The position numbers and the translations under genes are program-made. From Candidatus Obscuribacteraceae bacterium (lineage in GTDB: Bacteria > Cyanobacteriota > Vampirovibrionia > Obscuribacterales > Obscuribacteraceae), in the NCBI GenBank assembly GCA_044229845.1, contig JBGASG010000012.1, positions 11,648-75,647 on the forward strand: 64,000 bases of DNA, written 5' to 3'. Positions 1 to 9,486 of the stretch are shown here, one piece after another; the stretch's first letter is position 1; each line of letters opens with the position of its first letter. The notes below the pieces were generated by a model, which had not been told where the DNA came from, made no database searches, and saw nothing but the letters and a program-made list of their open reading frames with translations.

Positions 1-655
1 CGCCGGGCACAACCGGCAGATTGGTGTAATCGATGGTCCGTCCATCGATGCGCGGCGGCGTGCCAGTCTTGAGACGACCCAGGGTGAAACCGAGCGACTT
101 CAAATACCCGGACAAACCAACGGCAGGAAACTCGCCGGCGCGGCCGGCGGGTTGCGTTTCACGACCGATCCAGATTGTGCCTTCGAGAAACGTTCCCGCA
201 GTCAGAACCACCGCGCGAGCGGACATGCGCTCTCCAAAGCCGAGTTCGACGCCACCGACACGTCGGCCCTCGGTCAAAAACGCTTTCACCATGCCCTGAC
301 GCAGAGTCAAATTGGGAATCGATTCACAGAAAGCCTTCATCCACGCACTGTACTCGCGCTTGTCGGACTGAGCGCGCAGCGACTGCACTGCCGGTCCGCG
401 ACTGGAATTGAGCATGCGTAATTGCAGGTAAGTGGCGTCGGCCGCCAACCCCATCACGCCACCCAGGGCATCGACTTCCTTGGTGAGCTGCGACTTGCCT
501 GGTCCGCCCACGGCAGGGTTGCACGGCATGGCTCCGATTGTGTCGATGTTGACGGCGAGCATGAGCGTTTTACAGCCGAGCTTAGCCGCCGCGTGTGCTG
601 CCTCGCAGCCCGCGTGACCTCCGCCCACTACGATTACGTCGTAATCAAAGCCCAT
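1..655 (-). CDS. mnmG: tRNA uridine 5-carboxymethylaminomethyl modification enzyme MnmG/GidA, N-terminal ~218 codons (3' end lies left of the window)
   Basis: Manual minus-strand translation from ATG 655..653 gives MGFDYDVIVVGGGHAGCEAAHAAAKLGCKTLMLAVNIDTIGAMPCNPAVGGPGKSQLTKEVDALGG...LGRLKTGTPPRIDGRTIDY. It has the FAD-binding GGGHAG motif and is colinear with E. coli MnmG. The frame stays open to position 1, so it is absent from the ORF track. Confidence 0.93.
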   Translation of the reverse strand, partial: MGFDYDVIVVGGGHAGCEAAHAAAKLGCKTLMLAVNIDTIGAMPCNPAVGGPGKSQLTKEVDALGGVMGLAADATYLQLRMLNSSRGPAVQSLRAQSDKREYSAWMKAFCESIPNLTLRQGMVKAFLTEGRRVGGVELGFGERMSARAVVLTAGTFLEGTIWIGRETQPAGRAGEFPAVGLSGYLKSLGFTLGRLKTGTPPRIDGRTIDYTNLPVVPG

Positions 656-800
656 AAAACGCGCCGTAAACAGAGTACCGAGCCCTATTGCCCGGTTTGG
701 AAGATAATAGCAAAAAGCGCCGCCAGGAAGCAAAGCGGCGTTTGACGGTCACACTTTGCCTTTGTTACAACCTAAAGGTAGACGCTCTTGCAAGGTATCA

Positions 801-1544
801 ATGACGACTTCTAAGTTTTCCCTGTCTCTGACCATCGCTGGTCTGACCGTCCAGCTGATTACTTCGAGTTGCGCCGCCGCAGAAACGTCGCCGGCCAGCC
901 CGCCTCCGCCACCGCCACCCCGCAAGTCGCCGGCGAAATCGGGAGCAAAGCCCGCTCCTGCGGCTGCTTCCGCCAAGCCCAGCAGTTCGCCCAGCGCGCC
1001 GCCGCAGTCCTCAAGCCCGACAGCCTCTGCTGCCACAGGGAAAAAACCTCGCTCCGAGGTGCTCAATCCCGATCAGTTTTTCGGCATGGCAATGATCGGC
1101 TATGCAGCCGCAAAAGCCGCACCGGAAGTCATGGAAAACCTTTTTTGTTACTGCGGCTGCGATCTCACCGACAGCCACACCTCGCTTCTCGACTGTTTCA
1201 CCAGCATTCACGGCGTCGATTGCCACATCTGCCAGGACGAGGCACAGATTGCGCTGAAGCTGCATAAGCAGGGTCTGCCGATGCTGAAAATTCAGCAGCA
1301 AATCGATGAGGAATTTTCCAAGCAGTATCCCTTCGAAGAAGACACGCCGACTTACAAAAATTACAAGGCGCACCGTCTCTGGGTCAAAGGCGGCGCTGTG
1401 GACACAAAGCCCGATGCGGCTGCGTCCGGCAGCAACAGCGCTACCGGCAGCACCGGTCCCGATCCGAAAAATCCGAAGCTAAAACCAGGCGCAAAAGCCG
1501 GCAATTGCTGCGGAGCGAAACACACTTCCGACAAGGCGAAGTGA
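801..1544 (+). CDS. secreted PCYCGC-motif protein (leader peptide, Pro/Ala/Ser-rich linker, Cys-rich C-terminal domain)
   Basis: ORF 756..1544, with a likely ATG at 801 (MTTSKFSLSLTIAGLTVQLITSSCAAA looks like a signal or lipoprotein leader). A low-complexity PPPPPPPRKSPAKSGAKPAPAAASAKPSSSP linker follows. FCYCGCDLTDSHTSLLDCFTSIHGVDCHICQDEA then resembles the PCYCGC family signature (PF13798, from memory). Confidence 0.7.
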   Translation: MTTSKFSLSLTIAGLTVQLITSSCAAAETSPASPPPPPPPRKSPAKSGAKPAPAAASAKPSSSPSAPPQSSSPTASAATGKKPRSEVLNPDQFFGMAMIGYAAAKAAPEVMENLFCYCGCDLTDSHTSLLDCFTSIHGVDCHICQDEAQIALKLHKQGLPMLKIQQQIDEEFSKQYPFEEDTPTYKNYKAHRLWVKGGAVDTKPDAAASGSNSATGSTGPDPKNPKLKPGAKAGNCCGAKHTSDKAK

Positions 1545-1780
1545 CACCGTATTTGGCACCGCGTTGTCAAGCATTGTCGGTTGATACAGCTTTTATCGAA
1601 AGCCAGCCTGGCTGCGGGTCTCGCAAATATATCCAGCAGATTATCAGTGGTTGGAAAACGCGAAATTTAGATATCGGGCTTAAAGATCGTGTCTATATGT
1701 TTTCCCCACTTCCTAACTGTAAATTTAGTCGCTACAATTACTGGAGTGTTAGACGAAACACCTTGAAGGGGTGCGACCGA

Positions 1781-2173
1781 GTGACTTCAGTAGCCGCTGA
1801 CAACCTGGCGCCTTGGATCATCATCTCCGATGACAGATGTCCTGTTGTGCGCAAACTGAGCTGGTTGGTTCGCCAATGGGACAACGCCGGCAACTTCAAG
1901 TTCGTCAGCAAACATCATCACTCGGAAGGCGAAGCGACCCTCGTGCAAGAGCTTGATGCCTGCCCGTGGAGCCTGATTTTGATCCACGACGGCGACATGC
2001 GTTCCGCCGGTCCGGAAGCCATTCCTTTTATATTGCGCAATCTGCCGGGCGGCAAAATCGCCACGGTGGCTTATGTGGTGCCCGGCACCATGTGGTTGAC
2101 TCGCCAGCTGTACAATCTAGTCTCGCGCAACCGTCGCTTGCTGTCGGTACAACACGCCGCTTCCGCTCGCTAA
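1781..2173 (+). CDS. DCC1-like thiol-disulfide oxidoreductase family (DUF393) protein with degenerate CxxC (CPVV)
   Basis: Lies inside ORF 1505..2173. An in-frame GTG at 1781 preceded by GAAGGGG gives ~130 aa, the usual family size (alternative ATG at 1697). PWIIISDDRCPVVRKLSWLVRQWD and the C-terminal ILRNLPGGKIATVAYVVPGTMWLTRQLYNLVSRNR fit the family pattern. The second Cys is replaced by Val. Confidence 0.6.
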   Translation: MTSVAADNLAPWIIISDDRCPVVRKLSWLVRQWDNAGNFKFVSKHHHSEGEATLVQELDACPWSLILIHDGDMRSAGPEAIPFILRNLPGGKIATVAYVVPGTMWLTRQLYNLVSRNRRLLSVQHAASAR

Positions 2174-2188
2174 GCCGCTCCCCGCGCT

Positions 2189-3577
2189 CTAATGCTCTTT
2201 CTCTACCGGTTTGCTGGTAGCGATACGTGCCACTAATTTGTCGAGCGCCGCGCGACGTGAACCCTTGATCAAAATACAGGCATCGCTATCGAGTCGACGC
2301 ACTAGTTCGGTCTCGGCTTCGTTTTGATCGGCGCAGGGTATCACGTCAAAACCGGCTCCCTGAGCGCCTTCGGCAATGTTTCTCGCCAGATGACCAACCG
2401 TGATCAAAGCGTGCAGAGACTTGTCCTTCAGCCACTGCCCCAGCTCGCGATGCAATTCAGGTCCTTGCGGTCCCAACTCAGCCAGCTCGCCGACCACAAC
2501 TATGCGCTTCTTCTGAGGGCAGGCCGTGTCCGCCAGGATGCCCGCCACCGACGCCTTGACCGAGTCGGGATTACCGTTGTACGACTCATCTATTAGTAGA
2601 GAGCCCTCGCGCCCCACCATGCGATTGCCGCGTCCGCCAACCACTTCGAACTGACGCAGCCCGCGAACAATCAATTGCTCCTCGATGCCCAGTTCGTGCG
2701 CCGCCATGACCACACACCAGGCATCCTGCAATAGCGGCTCGCCATGCGCCCGCACTTCAAAGGTCGGTTCCAGTCCTTTCACTTTAAATTGCGTGCCGAT
2801 GTCAGTGATACCAACGACGGTGACTGATGAATCATCGAACAAACGAGTGCGTCCCTGCCAGAACTCCGGCAAGACCGTCATCAATTCAGGCGTCTGCCGT
2901 CCGATAATAGCCACTCCTCCGCCTCGCAAATGCATGAGCAATTCGCACTTGGCACGGGCGATGTTCTCCAACGAACCGAGCAGTTCTAAATGCGCGCTGC
3001 CGGCATTGGTGATGATGCCGACATCCGGCGCGGCACAACGTGCCAATTGATCTATCTGGCCCAGCCCCCGCATAGCCATTTCGATAATCGCTACTTGGGT
3101 GTCATCCGGCATATTGAGCAGAGTCTTGGGGACGCCGAACTCGTTGTTTTCGTTGGCCTTTGATTTATGGCACCGCAAGGCGGCACCAAATACGGAGGCA
3201 CACATTTCCTTCGTAGTGGTCTTGCCTGACGAGCCAGTAATACCGATCACTTTTGGATTTATACGGCGGCGCCAGTTTCGCGCCAGGTCATGAAAGGCAT
3301 CGAGACTGTCTTGCACAGCCATGAGCGGAAACGTCGAGTTGCCAATCGGATAGCTGGAGCGCTCGCCGACAATCGCTCCCAGCGCTCCCGCGGCAAAGGC
3401 ATCACCCAGGAAGTCGTGCCCGTCGAACGTTTCTCCCGAGAGGGCCAGGTACCACTGCCCGTCCTGCAACGCGCGCGTATCCGTGCAAATCTGCCCCGCG
3501 CCATCCGGCATCAATCCTTGCGCCAGGCGCGCGCCGCAAATGTCGATGATGTCCTCGGCGTTAAATTCGGCTGTCAT
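2189..3577 (-). CDS. murF: UDP-N-acetylmuramoyl-tripeptide--D-alanyl-D-alanine ligase
   Basis: 462-aa ORF with the Mur-ligase P-loop GITGSSGKTTTKEM. The MurF-type N-terminal domain is present (ICTDTRALQDGQWYLALSGETFDGHDF), along with central and C-terminal Mur ligase domains. Confidence 0.92.
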   Translation of the reverse strand: MTAEFNAEDIIDICGARLAQGLMPDGAGQICTDTRALQDGQWYLALSGETFDGHDFLGDAFAAGALGAIVGERSSYPIGNSTFPLMAVQDSLDAFHDLARNWRRRINPKVIGITGSSGKTTTKEMCASVFGAALRCHKSKANENNEFGVPKTLLNMPDDTQVAIIEMAMRGLGQIDQLARCAAPDVGIITNAGSAHLELLGSLENIARAKCELLMHLRGGGVAIIGRQTPELMTVLPEFWQGRTRLFDDSSVTVVGITDIGTQFKVKGLEPTFEVRAHGEPLLQDAWCVVMAAHELGIEEQLIVRGLRQFEVVGGRGNRMVGREGSLLIDESYNGNPDSVKASVAGILADTACPQKKRIVVVGELAELGPQGPELHRELGQWLKDKSLHALITVGHLARNIAEGAQGAGFDVIPCADQNEAETELVRRLDSDACILIKGSRRAALDKLVARIATSKPVEKEH

Positions 3578-3661
3578 TTATTTGCATCCGCGTGTTCAGG
3601 TGCCATCCGGCAGTTAGTATCCCACGGCGCGCGCCGCGAAATCCACCTCCGATTGTGTAAA

Positions 3662-4561
3662 TCAGGCGTCGACCGCCGCACCCACGAACAGGGAGCAGAG
3701 AAACACCGAGAAATCCTGCACGACCTTCGGACTGGGCGCCAGATCGGGATTGAGAATCGCCACATCCATACCCACGACCTTGCCTGATTTCAGGTGTTCG
3801 CGCAGAACTTGCTTGAGTTCAGAGTAGGTCAGCCCGCCGGCGAGCGGAAAGTCCACTGCCGGCATTTCGTCAAAATCAAGAACGTCGACATCGAGATGAA
3901 TCCACGTGCCTTTCGTCGGCAAGCCATCCAGATGCTTCGCCGACTGACGAGCCGCTTCCAGCGCCGTCAATTTGCGGACTTCTTCCAGATCATAGACCTT
4001 CATGCCGGTGGACTTAACGCTGACCGCACCCTCGGCGGCCGATTCGTCCTCATCGCGATAACCGAGGACGACAACGTTTTTGTCAGCTATGTATGATCTC
4101 TTGCCGTCGATGGCAGAAAGCACATCGGGACCGCGTCCGGTGATGATCGCCAACTCGGCAGCCGAAAGCTCGCCATCAGGGATGGTATCACCCTGATAGA
4201 AATCGCTGTGCCCGTCAAGAAACAGCAGCCCGTACTCGCCGAGCCTGGAAAGCCCAAGGGCGATGCCAATCAAAATGCTGCAGTCGCCGCCGACGATCAG
4301 CGGAAACTTGCCTTCGCTGAGAAACTTGACGATCTTGTCCGCCAGCGCCAGAGAATAATCGCGCGCCAGCGCTGCGTTACGCAACCCCGTATCCGGGTCG
4401 ATCTCGTCCGTCCCACCCATTGAAGGCATCCAGCCATGCCAGCTGGCGCCCAGGCAATCGAGCAGACCGGCGTCTTCGAGAGCTTCCGGCAAATTCTCCA
4501 CCCCGGTCTCACCTAGACCAAGGCAGGATGGAGCAGCAAATGGCGCGATGTCTCTTTTCAT
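3662..4561 (-). CDS. arginase/agmatinase/formiminoglutamase (ureohydrolase) family protein, atypical GGDCS motif
   Basis: 299-aa ORF with the family motifs in order: IVGGDCSIL, LFLDGHSDF (DAHxD type) and IHLDVDVLDFDEMPAVD (DxDxxD type). Confidence 0.85.
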   Translation of the reverse strand: MKRDIAPFAAPSCLGLGETGVENLPEALEDAGLLDCLGASWHGWMPSMGGTDEIDPDTGLRNAALARDYSLALADKIVKFLSEGKFPLIVGGDCSILIGIALGLSRLGEYGLLFLDGHSDFYQGDTIPDGELSAAELAIITGRGPDVLSAIDGKRSYIADKNVVVLGYRDEDESAAEGAVSVKSTGMKVYDLEEVRKLTALEAARQSAKHLDGLPTKGTWIHLDVDVLDFDEMPAVDFPLAGGLTYSELKQVLREHLKSGKVVGMDVAILNPDLAPSPKVVQDFSVFLCSLFVGAAVDA

Positions 4562-4631
4562 AGGCTTGCAGCGAGCAAGTCTATCATCGTGGCATCGTAC
4601 CGAGTGCCTGCAGGCGCTTGAGCGGAATGAG

Positions 4632-4808
4632 TTACGCCTCGACGGCGACTTTTTCTTCGCCCACGCTTTCAGTCACAGCAAACTTAGCAGCATCAGCCGG
4701 GTTCACTTCACGAGGGAAGGGACCCTTCTTGATGCGATCGTTAATTGCCTTTGAAAGAAGGCGGCTGGCGAAGTTGTTCCTGGTTGTAGTGGTTGTGCAA
4801 TCAGACAT
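4632..4808 (-). CDS. small hypothetical protein (58 aa)
   Basis: ATG at 4808..4806 is preceded by GGTGGAGGACGAATT, a strong SD. It is the C-terminal part of track ORF 4632..4952 and reads MSDCTTTTTRNNFASRLLSKAINDRIKKGPFPREVNPADAAKFAVTESVGEEKVAVEA. No family recognised. Confidence 0.5.
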   Translation of the reverse strand: MSDCTTTTTRNNFASRLLSKAINDRIKKGPFPREVNPADAAKFAVTESVGEEKVAVEA

Positions 4809-5061
4809 AATTCGTCCTCCACCCGGCGAAGGTGTAGATACACGGCTGGGTCGCAATCTTGTTTGATAGATTCGCGACCCGCCAACGCCTTCACTGATAG
4901 TAGTTGAGAACCGAATTGTTGGCAACCCGGTATTGATGCGGGTTAGACACATCTTATTGTTGGGGAGCCGCTCTCCTTCGTGTTCTTACGCTTATGGTTT
5001 GTGAGAAACCGCTCCAGATGCCGCCCACAGCGCACCACATCAGTATCAGCCCTTCGCCCAA

Positions 5062-5865
5062 TCAGTGTTTGACGGCGGCAGCAAATAGCTTCTCCTCGAA
5101 CAAACCCGAGTCATACAGGCTTTGCGGAGTAACGGTCTGCACAGCTCCGAACGTCGGCAGTTCGTCTTTGCGCACGTTCTTCTTGCGCTTCACGACCGCC
5201 TTCTCGATGAAGTTCATATGCAGCCGTCCGGGTTTGAATCCCGAGTGGATCGTCGCCAGCACATGCTGCGGGTCGTAATCGTCAGTGCGGGCAGCAGCAA
5301 GCGCCATCAGGATCCACTTATTGCAGTTGAGGCTGTCGGCGCTGTCGTATTGAGAGAGCAAGTTGTACTTGGTGGTGAAGGCCAGCTTGCGCAGCTTACC
5401 AGTCAAAACCGCGTCGTAGACTCGGTCTTGCGTCTCGTGATCGGGAATCAATACAAGCGCGTTTTCTTCATATCCTGTCTGCCCATAAAAGAAATCCACT
5501 GGTGCCAAGCGCCACAAGTCACAACTAGGTGGCATGGACTGACCAGTATTGAGAAGTTGATAGAGAATCCACGTCTGAGCGCGCGGGTCATACACCGCCA
5601 GCCCCGAGTGGGCCATTCCAGTCCAATCGCGTCCTTTCACATCATTTCCACCCTTGCGCGAAACTACAGCGACTATCGCCTTCTTCTCGTAAAGCGTCTT
5701 CTGCAGCCAATCGGTGAGATGTTTCGCAACCGTCAGTTTCTTCTCATCGATAAGTGCTGGTCCGTCGGTAGGGTTAGCGGCCACGCACGGCATCCCCTGA
5801 ACAGGCAACACAATTGCTGCCACCACCAGCACTTGCGTCCATAGATCAAGGATGACTTGTCGCAT
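5062..5865 (-). CDS. secreted DUF2145-like protein
   Basis: ORF 5062..5898. ATG at 5865 is preceded by GAAGGGAGCGGGCG (SD), giving MRQVILDLWTQVLVVAAIVLPVQG as a signal-like start. GMAHSGLAVYDPRAQTWILYQLLNTG...DLWRLAPVDFFYG...YNLLSQYDSADSLNCNKWILMALAAA follows the DUF2145 (PF09916) pattern as I remember it. Confidence 0.65.
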   Translation of the reverse strand: MRQVILDLWTQVLVVAAIVLPVQGMPCVAANPTDGPALIDEKKLTVAKHLTDWLQKTLYEKKAIVAVVSRKGGNDVKGRDWTGMAHSGLAVYDPRAQTWILYQLLNTGQSMPPSCDLWRLAPVDFFYGQTGYEENALVLIPDHETQDRVYDAVLTGKLRKLAFTTKYNLLSQYDSADSLNCNKWILMALAAARTDDYDPQHVLATIHSGFKPGRLHMNFIEKAVVKRKKNVRKDELPTFGAVQTVTPQSLYDSGLFEEKLFAAAVKH

Positions 5866-6280
5866 CGCCCGCTCCCTTCGGCTGCGGCCGCTGCTCATCC
5901 GCCAGCGCCTGGTTTAGTTCCAGATAATCGTTGCGCACCACTAGCGGTATCGTCTTTCCCTGCTTGCCGGTATGCACGACAACCGTACTCTCATTGCCTG
6001 AGGATGACTCCGTCGCTTCGACAGTTTCGATCACGTCGACAGTAAGGTCGGTCAATCCGCGACCGGCAGCACCAACAATGCGAACCACCTGCTTACCGCC
6101 GGCAATCGTCAGTGCTGCTGTCGCCGCGGATGCCAGTACAGGTGTGGCGATACCGGCAAGTCCGGCATATGCGGTGAGACCGCTGGCGTCGCCACTGGGC
6201 TCATCCGCCGCCTCCGCAGGCGTCAAGGCAAAAAGCGCAGCCGCAGCCAGAAGCGCCGCCACAGTTCGATTCATGTGCAT
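5846..6280 (-). CDS. secreted hypothetical protein
   Basis: 144-aa ORF with a clear signal peptide (MHMNRTVAALLAAAALFALTPAEA). The body is Ala/Gly/Thr-rich. Its stop overlaps the start of the downstream DUF2145-like gene. Confidence 0.6.
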   Translation of the reverse strand: MHMNRTVAALLAAAALFALTPAEAADEPSGDASGLTAYAGLAGIATPVLASAATAALTIAGGKQVVRIVGAAGRGLTDLTVDVIETVEATESSSGNESTVVVHTGKQGKTIPLVVRNDYLELNQALADEQRPQPKGAGDATSHP

Positions 6281-6391
6281 CTCCTCACTCTTGTTGCAAT
6301 GAGCGCTAACGCCGCTCTATCCAATTAGACCGTGCAGCGGCGGCGCACTAAGTTGAAGCCTTCACACTTAATCAACTGTTCGGGTGTGCAA

Positions 6392-8362
6392 TTAAATGCC
6401 GATGCGGTCGCGGTATCGCTTGATCAAAATCTGAGCTTCTTCGTAGTAGCCGGATGCGGGCGGAATCTGCTGCAGCGACTGAATGGCAGCGGGCAGGCGA
6501 TTGGCGCGCACATATTCGCGAGCGAGCGCCATGGACAGCTGATCCAGCTGTTCGTTGTCGGCAGCTCGATTGTCGTTGCGCAACAGTGCCAACACATGCC
6601 CGGCATCGTCCAGCTTGCCTTCAGAAAGTAACGTCTGACAATACTTTGGACTGGCCTGCGGCTGCGTCATAGCGATGCCCATAATGGCGCCGCCTGCGAT
6701 GATCACGCCCACCACGAGCAGCGTAATCAACATGCCGTGGCTGCTGGAAGCATCGCCGCCTTTGTTGCCGCTTGGCGCGAACGTCGTCGGCGCAAAACGT
6801 CCACTAGGAGTTGTGTCGTACTCCTCACTATCTCTATAAGTCTTAGTCCTGGCTCCAGAATCTCGCCAGCTGTAAGACTGATTGTTGGGGGTCGAAGTCT
6901 GGCTGGCTGGAGCAGCGGGCTGGCTCGGCGCAGCATCGGATAGATTGGACGGAACGGTGTCCGGCGTGGTCGCCGGGGTGTTTAGATAAGGACGCGGCGG
7001 TGCGGCACCGGCAGTGGGACGCAATGCGGGTTCTGGCGGCGGTGCGGGAGGTGCTGGTGCGGCTGGTGTCGGCTGCGCAGGCGGTTCGGCTGCCGGAGCG
7101 GCTGACGCAGACGGCACCCCCGGTGCAACGACCGGATTACCAGAGGGCTCCGCTGCAACGGGCACCGGTGCTGGAGTCGAAGACGAGGTCCACATGCCTG
7201 CATGGCTGGAGCCAATGTCAGCAGCTGGGGTCGGCGCGAGGTTTGGACTGTCAGCCACGGCTGCCGCACCTTCTATGACAGCTGCGGCACCCAGATTAGC
7301 CGGACCGGGGGGCGTGTCCGAAAGCAGTCCTTCCAGGCGTTTGAAAACATCGTGCGTCGAGGCATTACCGGTGGGATCAATGGGGCGCGCCGAGTCCGTC
7401 ACCGCAGTTGGTGCCGAGCGGGGCTTACAGGCCCGGTGGATCTCTTCCCAGAACTCCATCATCGACTGCGGGCGGTCGCTGGGGCTCTTAGATAGTGCGC
7501 GTTGCAACACCTGTTCCATCGCCGCCGGAATGGTCGCCTCGCATGTCACGCTTGCCACCGAGGGCGGTGCAGCAATCACGTGCGAAGAAATCAGATTGAT
7601 CAGGTCAGTCGACTTGAAGGGGACCACACCCGACAGCATCTGAAAAATCACCACTGCCAACGAATAGACATCTGACCGCACATCACCTGATTGTCCGAGA
7701 AAACGCTCCGGACTCATATAGACCGGACTGCCGAAGACCACGCCGGGAGCTGTCGAATCCGGATCGTTCATGCGCTCGGTACCCTTAGCAATACCGAAGT
7801 CGAGGATGATCACGTGGTTTTTGCGTCCCGCCCGCTCCACTAGAGCTATGTTTGCCGGTTTGATGTCCCGGTGAATCAAGCCCTGGTTGTGTGCTTCGCC
7901 AATCGCTTCGCACATCTGTTGAATGATCGGCAACGCTTCGAACAGCTCGAGCCGCTTGCGTTCGAGCAAATACTTATCCATGGTTGTGCCGTCCAGCAAC
8001 TCCATGGCAATGAAGGGTTGTCCGCCGGCGGCGATACCGAAGTCGTAAACGGTGATGATGTGGGGATGATTGAGCCGGCTGGCTGCCTTGGCTTCATGAT
8101 GAAACCGCTTGACCGCCTGCCGATTGGATGCCAGCTCTTTCGGCAAGACCTTGATCGCCACTTCCCGCGATACGGCCTCCTGCACTGCCCGATAAACCAC
8201 CCCCATCGAGCCCACACCGATAACATCGGTAATGCGGTAACGGTCCTCGATTACGCTGCCAATCAGCGGGTCGGTAATGAGCGGCATGAGGTCGGCGAAG
8301 TCATCAGGGCAATTCTGAATCTCATCGCCGAATTCCTTTTCGCACAGTGGACAAATCTTCAT
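6392..8362 (-). CDS. Hanks-type Ser/Thr protein kinase with N-terminal zinc-ribbon, Pro-rich linker, TM helix and TPR-like tail
   Basis: MKICPLCEKEFGDEIQNCPDD forms a Cys4-like ribbon. Kinase motifs are VAIKVL, HRDIKPANI, DFGIAKG and YMSPER. A ~190-aa Pro/Ala/Ser linker, the TM helix LITLLVVGVIIAGGAIMGIAM and a helical repeat tail follow. Confidence 0.92.
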   Translation of the reverse strand: MKICPLCEKEFGDEIQNCPDDFADLMPLITDPLIGSVIEDRYRITDVIGVGSMGVVYRAVQEAVSREVAIKVLPKELASNRQAVKRFHHEAKAASRLNHPHIITVYDFGIAAGGQPFIAMELLDGTTMDKYLLERKRLELFEALPIIQQMCEAIGEAHNQGLIHRDIKPANIALVERAGRKNHVIILDFGIAKGTERMNDPDSTAPGVVFGSPVYMSPERFLGQSGDVRSDVYSLAVVIFQMLSGVVPFKSTDLINLISSHVIAAPPSVASVTCEATIPAAMEQVLQRALSKSPSDRPQSMMEFWEEIHRACKPRSAPTAVTDSARPIDPTGNASTHDVFKRLEGLLSDTPPGPANLGAAAVIEGAAAVADSPNLAPTPAADIGSSHAGMWTSSSTPAPVPVAAEPSGNPVVAPGVPSASAAPAAEPPAQPTPAAPAPPAPPPEPALRPTAGAAPPRPYLNTPATTPDTVPSNLSDAAPSQPAAPASQTSTPNNQSYSWRDSGARTKTYRDSEEYDTTPSGRFAPTTFAPSGNKGGDASSSHGMLITLLVVGVIIAGGAIMGIAMTQPQASPKYCQTLLSEGKLDDAGHVLALLRNDNRAADNEQLDQLSMALAREYVRANRLPAAIQSLQQIPPASGYYEEAQILIKRYRDRIGI

Positions 8363-8453
8363 CGATTGAGCCTTACGCTCTCCTAATAGCTTCGCCCTCT
8401 AATCCGCCTTATAATCTGCGGAGCCCCAAAATTCAGGCAGGAGCATCAATTAC

Positions 8454-9482
8454 ATGCCCGAACTTTCGTCCCGGTCAAACGTTTCGGCAAACAAGGGCGG
8501 AGCTTTTACAGATGTCTCAAAACTGCCGGGCTGGCACCTCTGGCGTAGTCGCCGCCACCTCCTTGATGTTGACGATATCCAGGCCGAAGAGCTAAAAGCC
8601 CTGATGGCGCTGGCTGCCCATTGCAAAGAATCTTATGTAGACCGGGACTCTGAACCACTTCCCATTCTGGCACGAAAGACCATCGCCAATGTTTTCTACG
8701 AAAATTCGACAAGAACGCGCAGCAGCTTCGAATTAGCGGCACGCAAGCTCGGTGCCACCATCCTCAATTTCGAGCCCAAGATGTCGTCAGTGTCCAAGGG
8801 AGAAACGATATCGGACACTGCCAATATCCTCATCCAGCTGGGCGCCAGCGCCATCGTCCAGCGCCACAGTGCATCGGGCAGCGCTCACCAGATAGCGGCG
8901 GAACTTGGCGACCGCGTCCAGATTATCAACGCCGGAGATGGCTGGCATGCCCATCCTACTCAGGCTTTGCTCGACTATTTCACTATCACCGAAGTACGTC
9001 CGCAGGTGTCCGGCGCCAAGATTGCCATTGTCGGTGACATCAAACACAGTCGCGTGGCGCGTTCGAACATCGCACTCTTGACGCGTATGGGAGCGCACGT
9101 GCACGCAGTCGGTCCGCCTACCTTGCTACCGCTTCAACTGGACAAGCTGGGTGTCACCGTCCACACCCACCTGGAACCGGCGTTGGAAGGCGCCGACTTC
9201 GTCATCTGCCTGCGCCTGCAAACTGAACGCATGGAACAGGGCCTCATCCCCAGCATCGGCGAGTATAAGCGCCTCTACAGGATCGATCATCAAAAACTGA
9301 AGCTCTCCAGCAAAGCCGTGCGGCTTCTACACCCGGGTCCGGTCAACCGCAACATCGAAATCACCGACGCGCTCGTCAACGACGAAAACATCTCGCTCAT
9401 ATTCACACAGGTCCACAACGGAATCGCCGTCCGCATGGCGGCGCTCTACTTGCTGCTTGCCGACGACGAAGAGGAACGCTAA
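8454..9482 (+). CDS. pyrB: aspartate carbamoyltransferase catalytic subunit
   Basis: Contains ENSTRTRSSFELAA (STRTR carbamoyl-phosphate motif), HAHPTQALLD and LHPGPVNR. It has a ~35-aa N-terminal extension relative to typical PyrB if ATG 8454 is the start. Confidence 0.9.
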   Translation: MPELSSRSNVSANKGGAFTDVSKLPGWHLWRSRRHLLDVDDIQAEELKALMALAAHCKESYVDRDSEPLPILARKTIANVFYENSTRTRSSFELAARKLGATILNFEPKMSSVSKGETISDTANILIQLGASAIVQRHSASGSAHQIAAELGDRVQIINAGDGWHAHPTQALLDYFTITEVRPQVSGAKIAIVGDIKHSRVARSNIALLTRMGAHVHAVGPPTLLPLQLDKLGVTVHTHLEPALEGADFVICLRLQTERMEQGLIPSIGEYKRLYRIDHQKLKLSSKAVRLLHPGPVNRNIEITDALVNDENISLIFTQVHNGIAVRMAALYLLLADDEEER

Positions 9483-9486
9483 TCCG

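Noticed and set aside
5122-5844. 240-aa plus-strand ORF
   Set aside because: It is antisense to the DUF2145-like gene. It has no start context, and the opposite strand has signal-peptide and family-like motifs.
7014-7643. 209-aa plus-strand ORF (and others nearby)
   Set aside because: It lies opposite the Pro/Ala-rich linker of the Ser/Thr kinase. The Gly/Ala-rich translation is the complement of the proline-rich coding strand.
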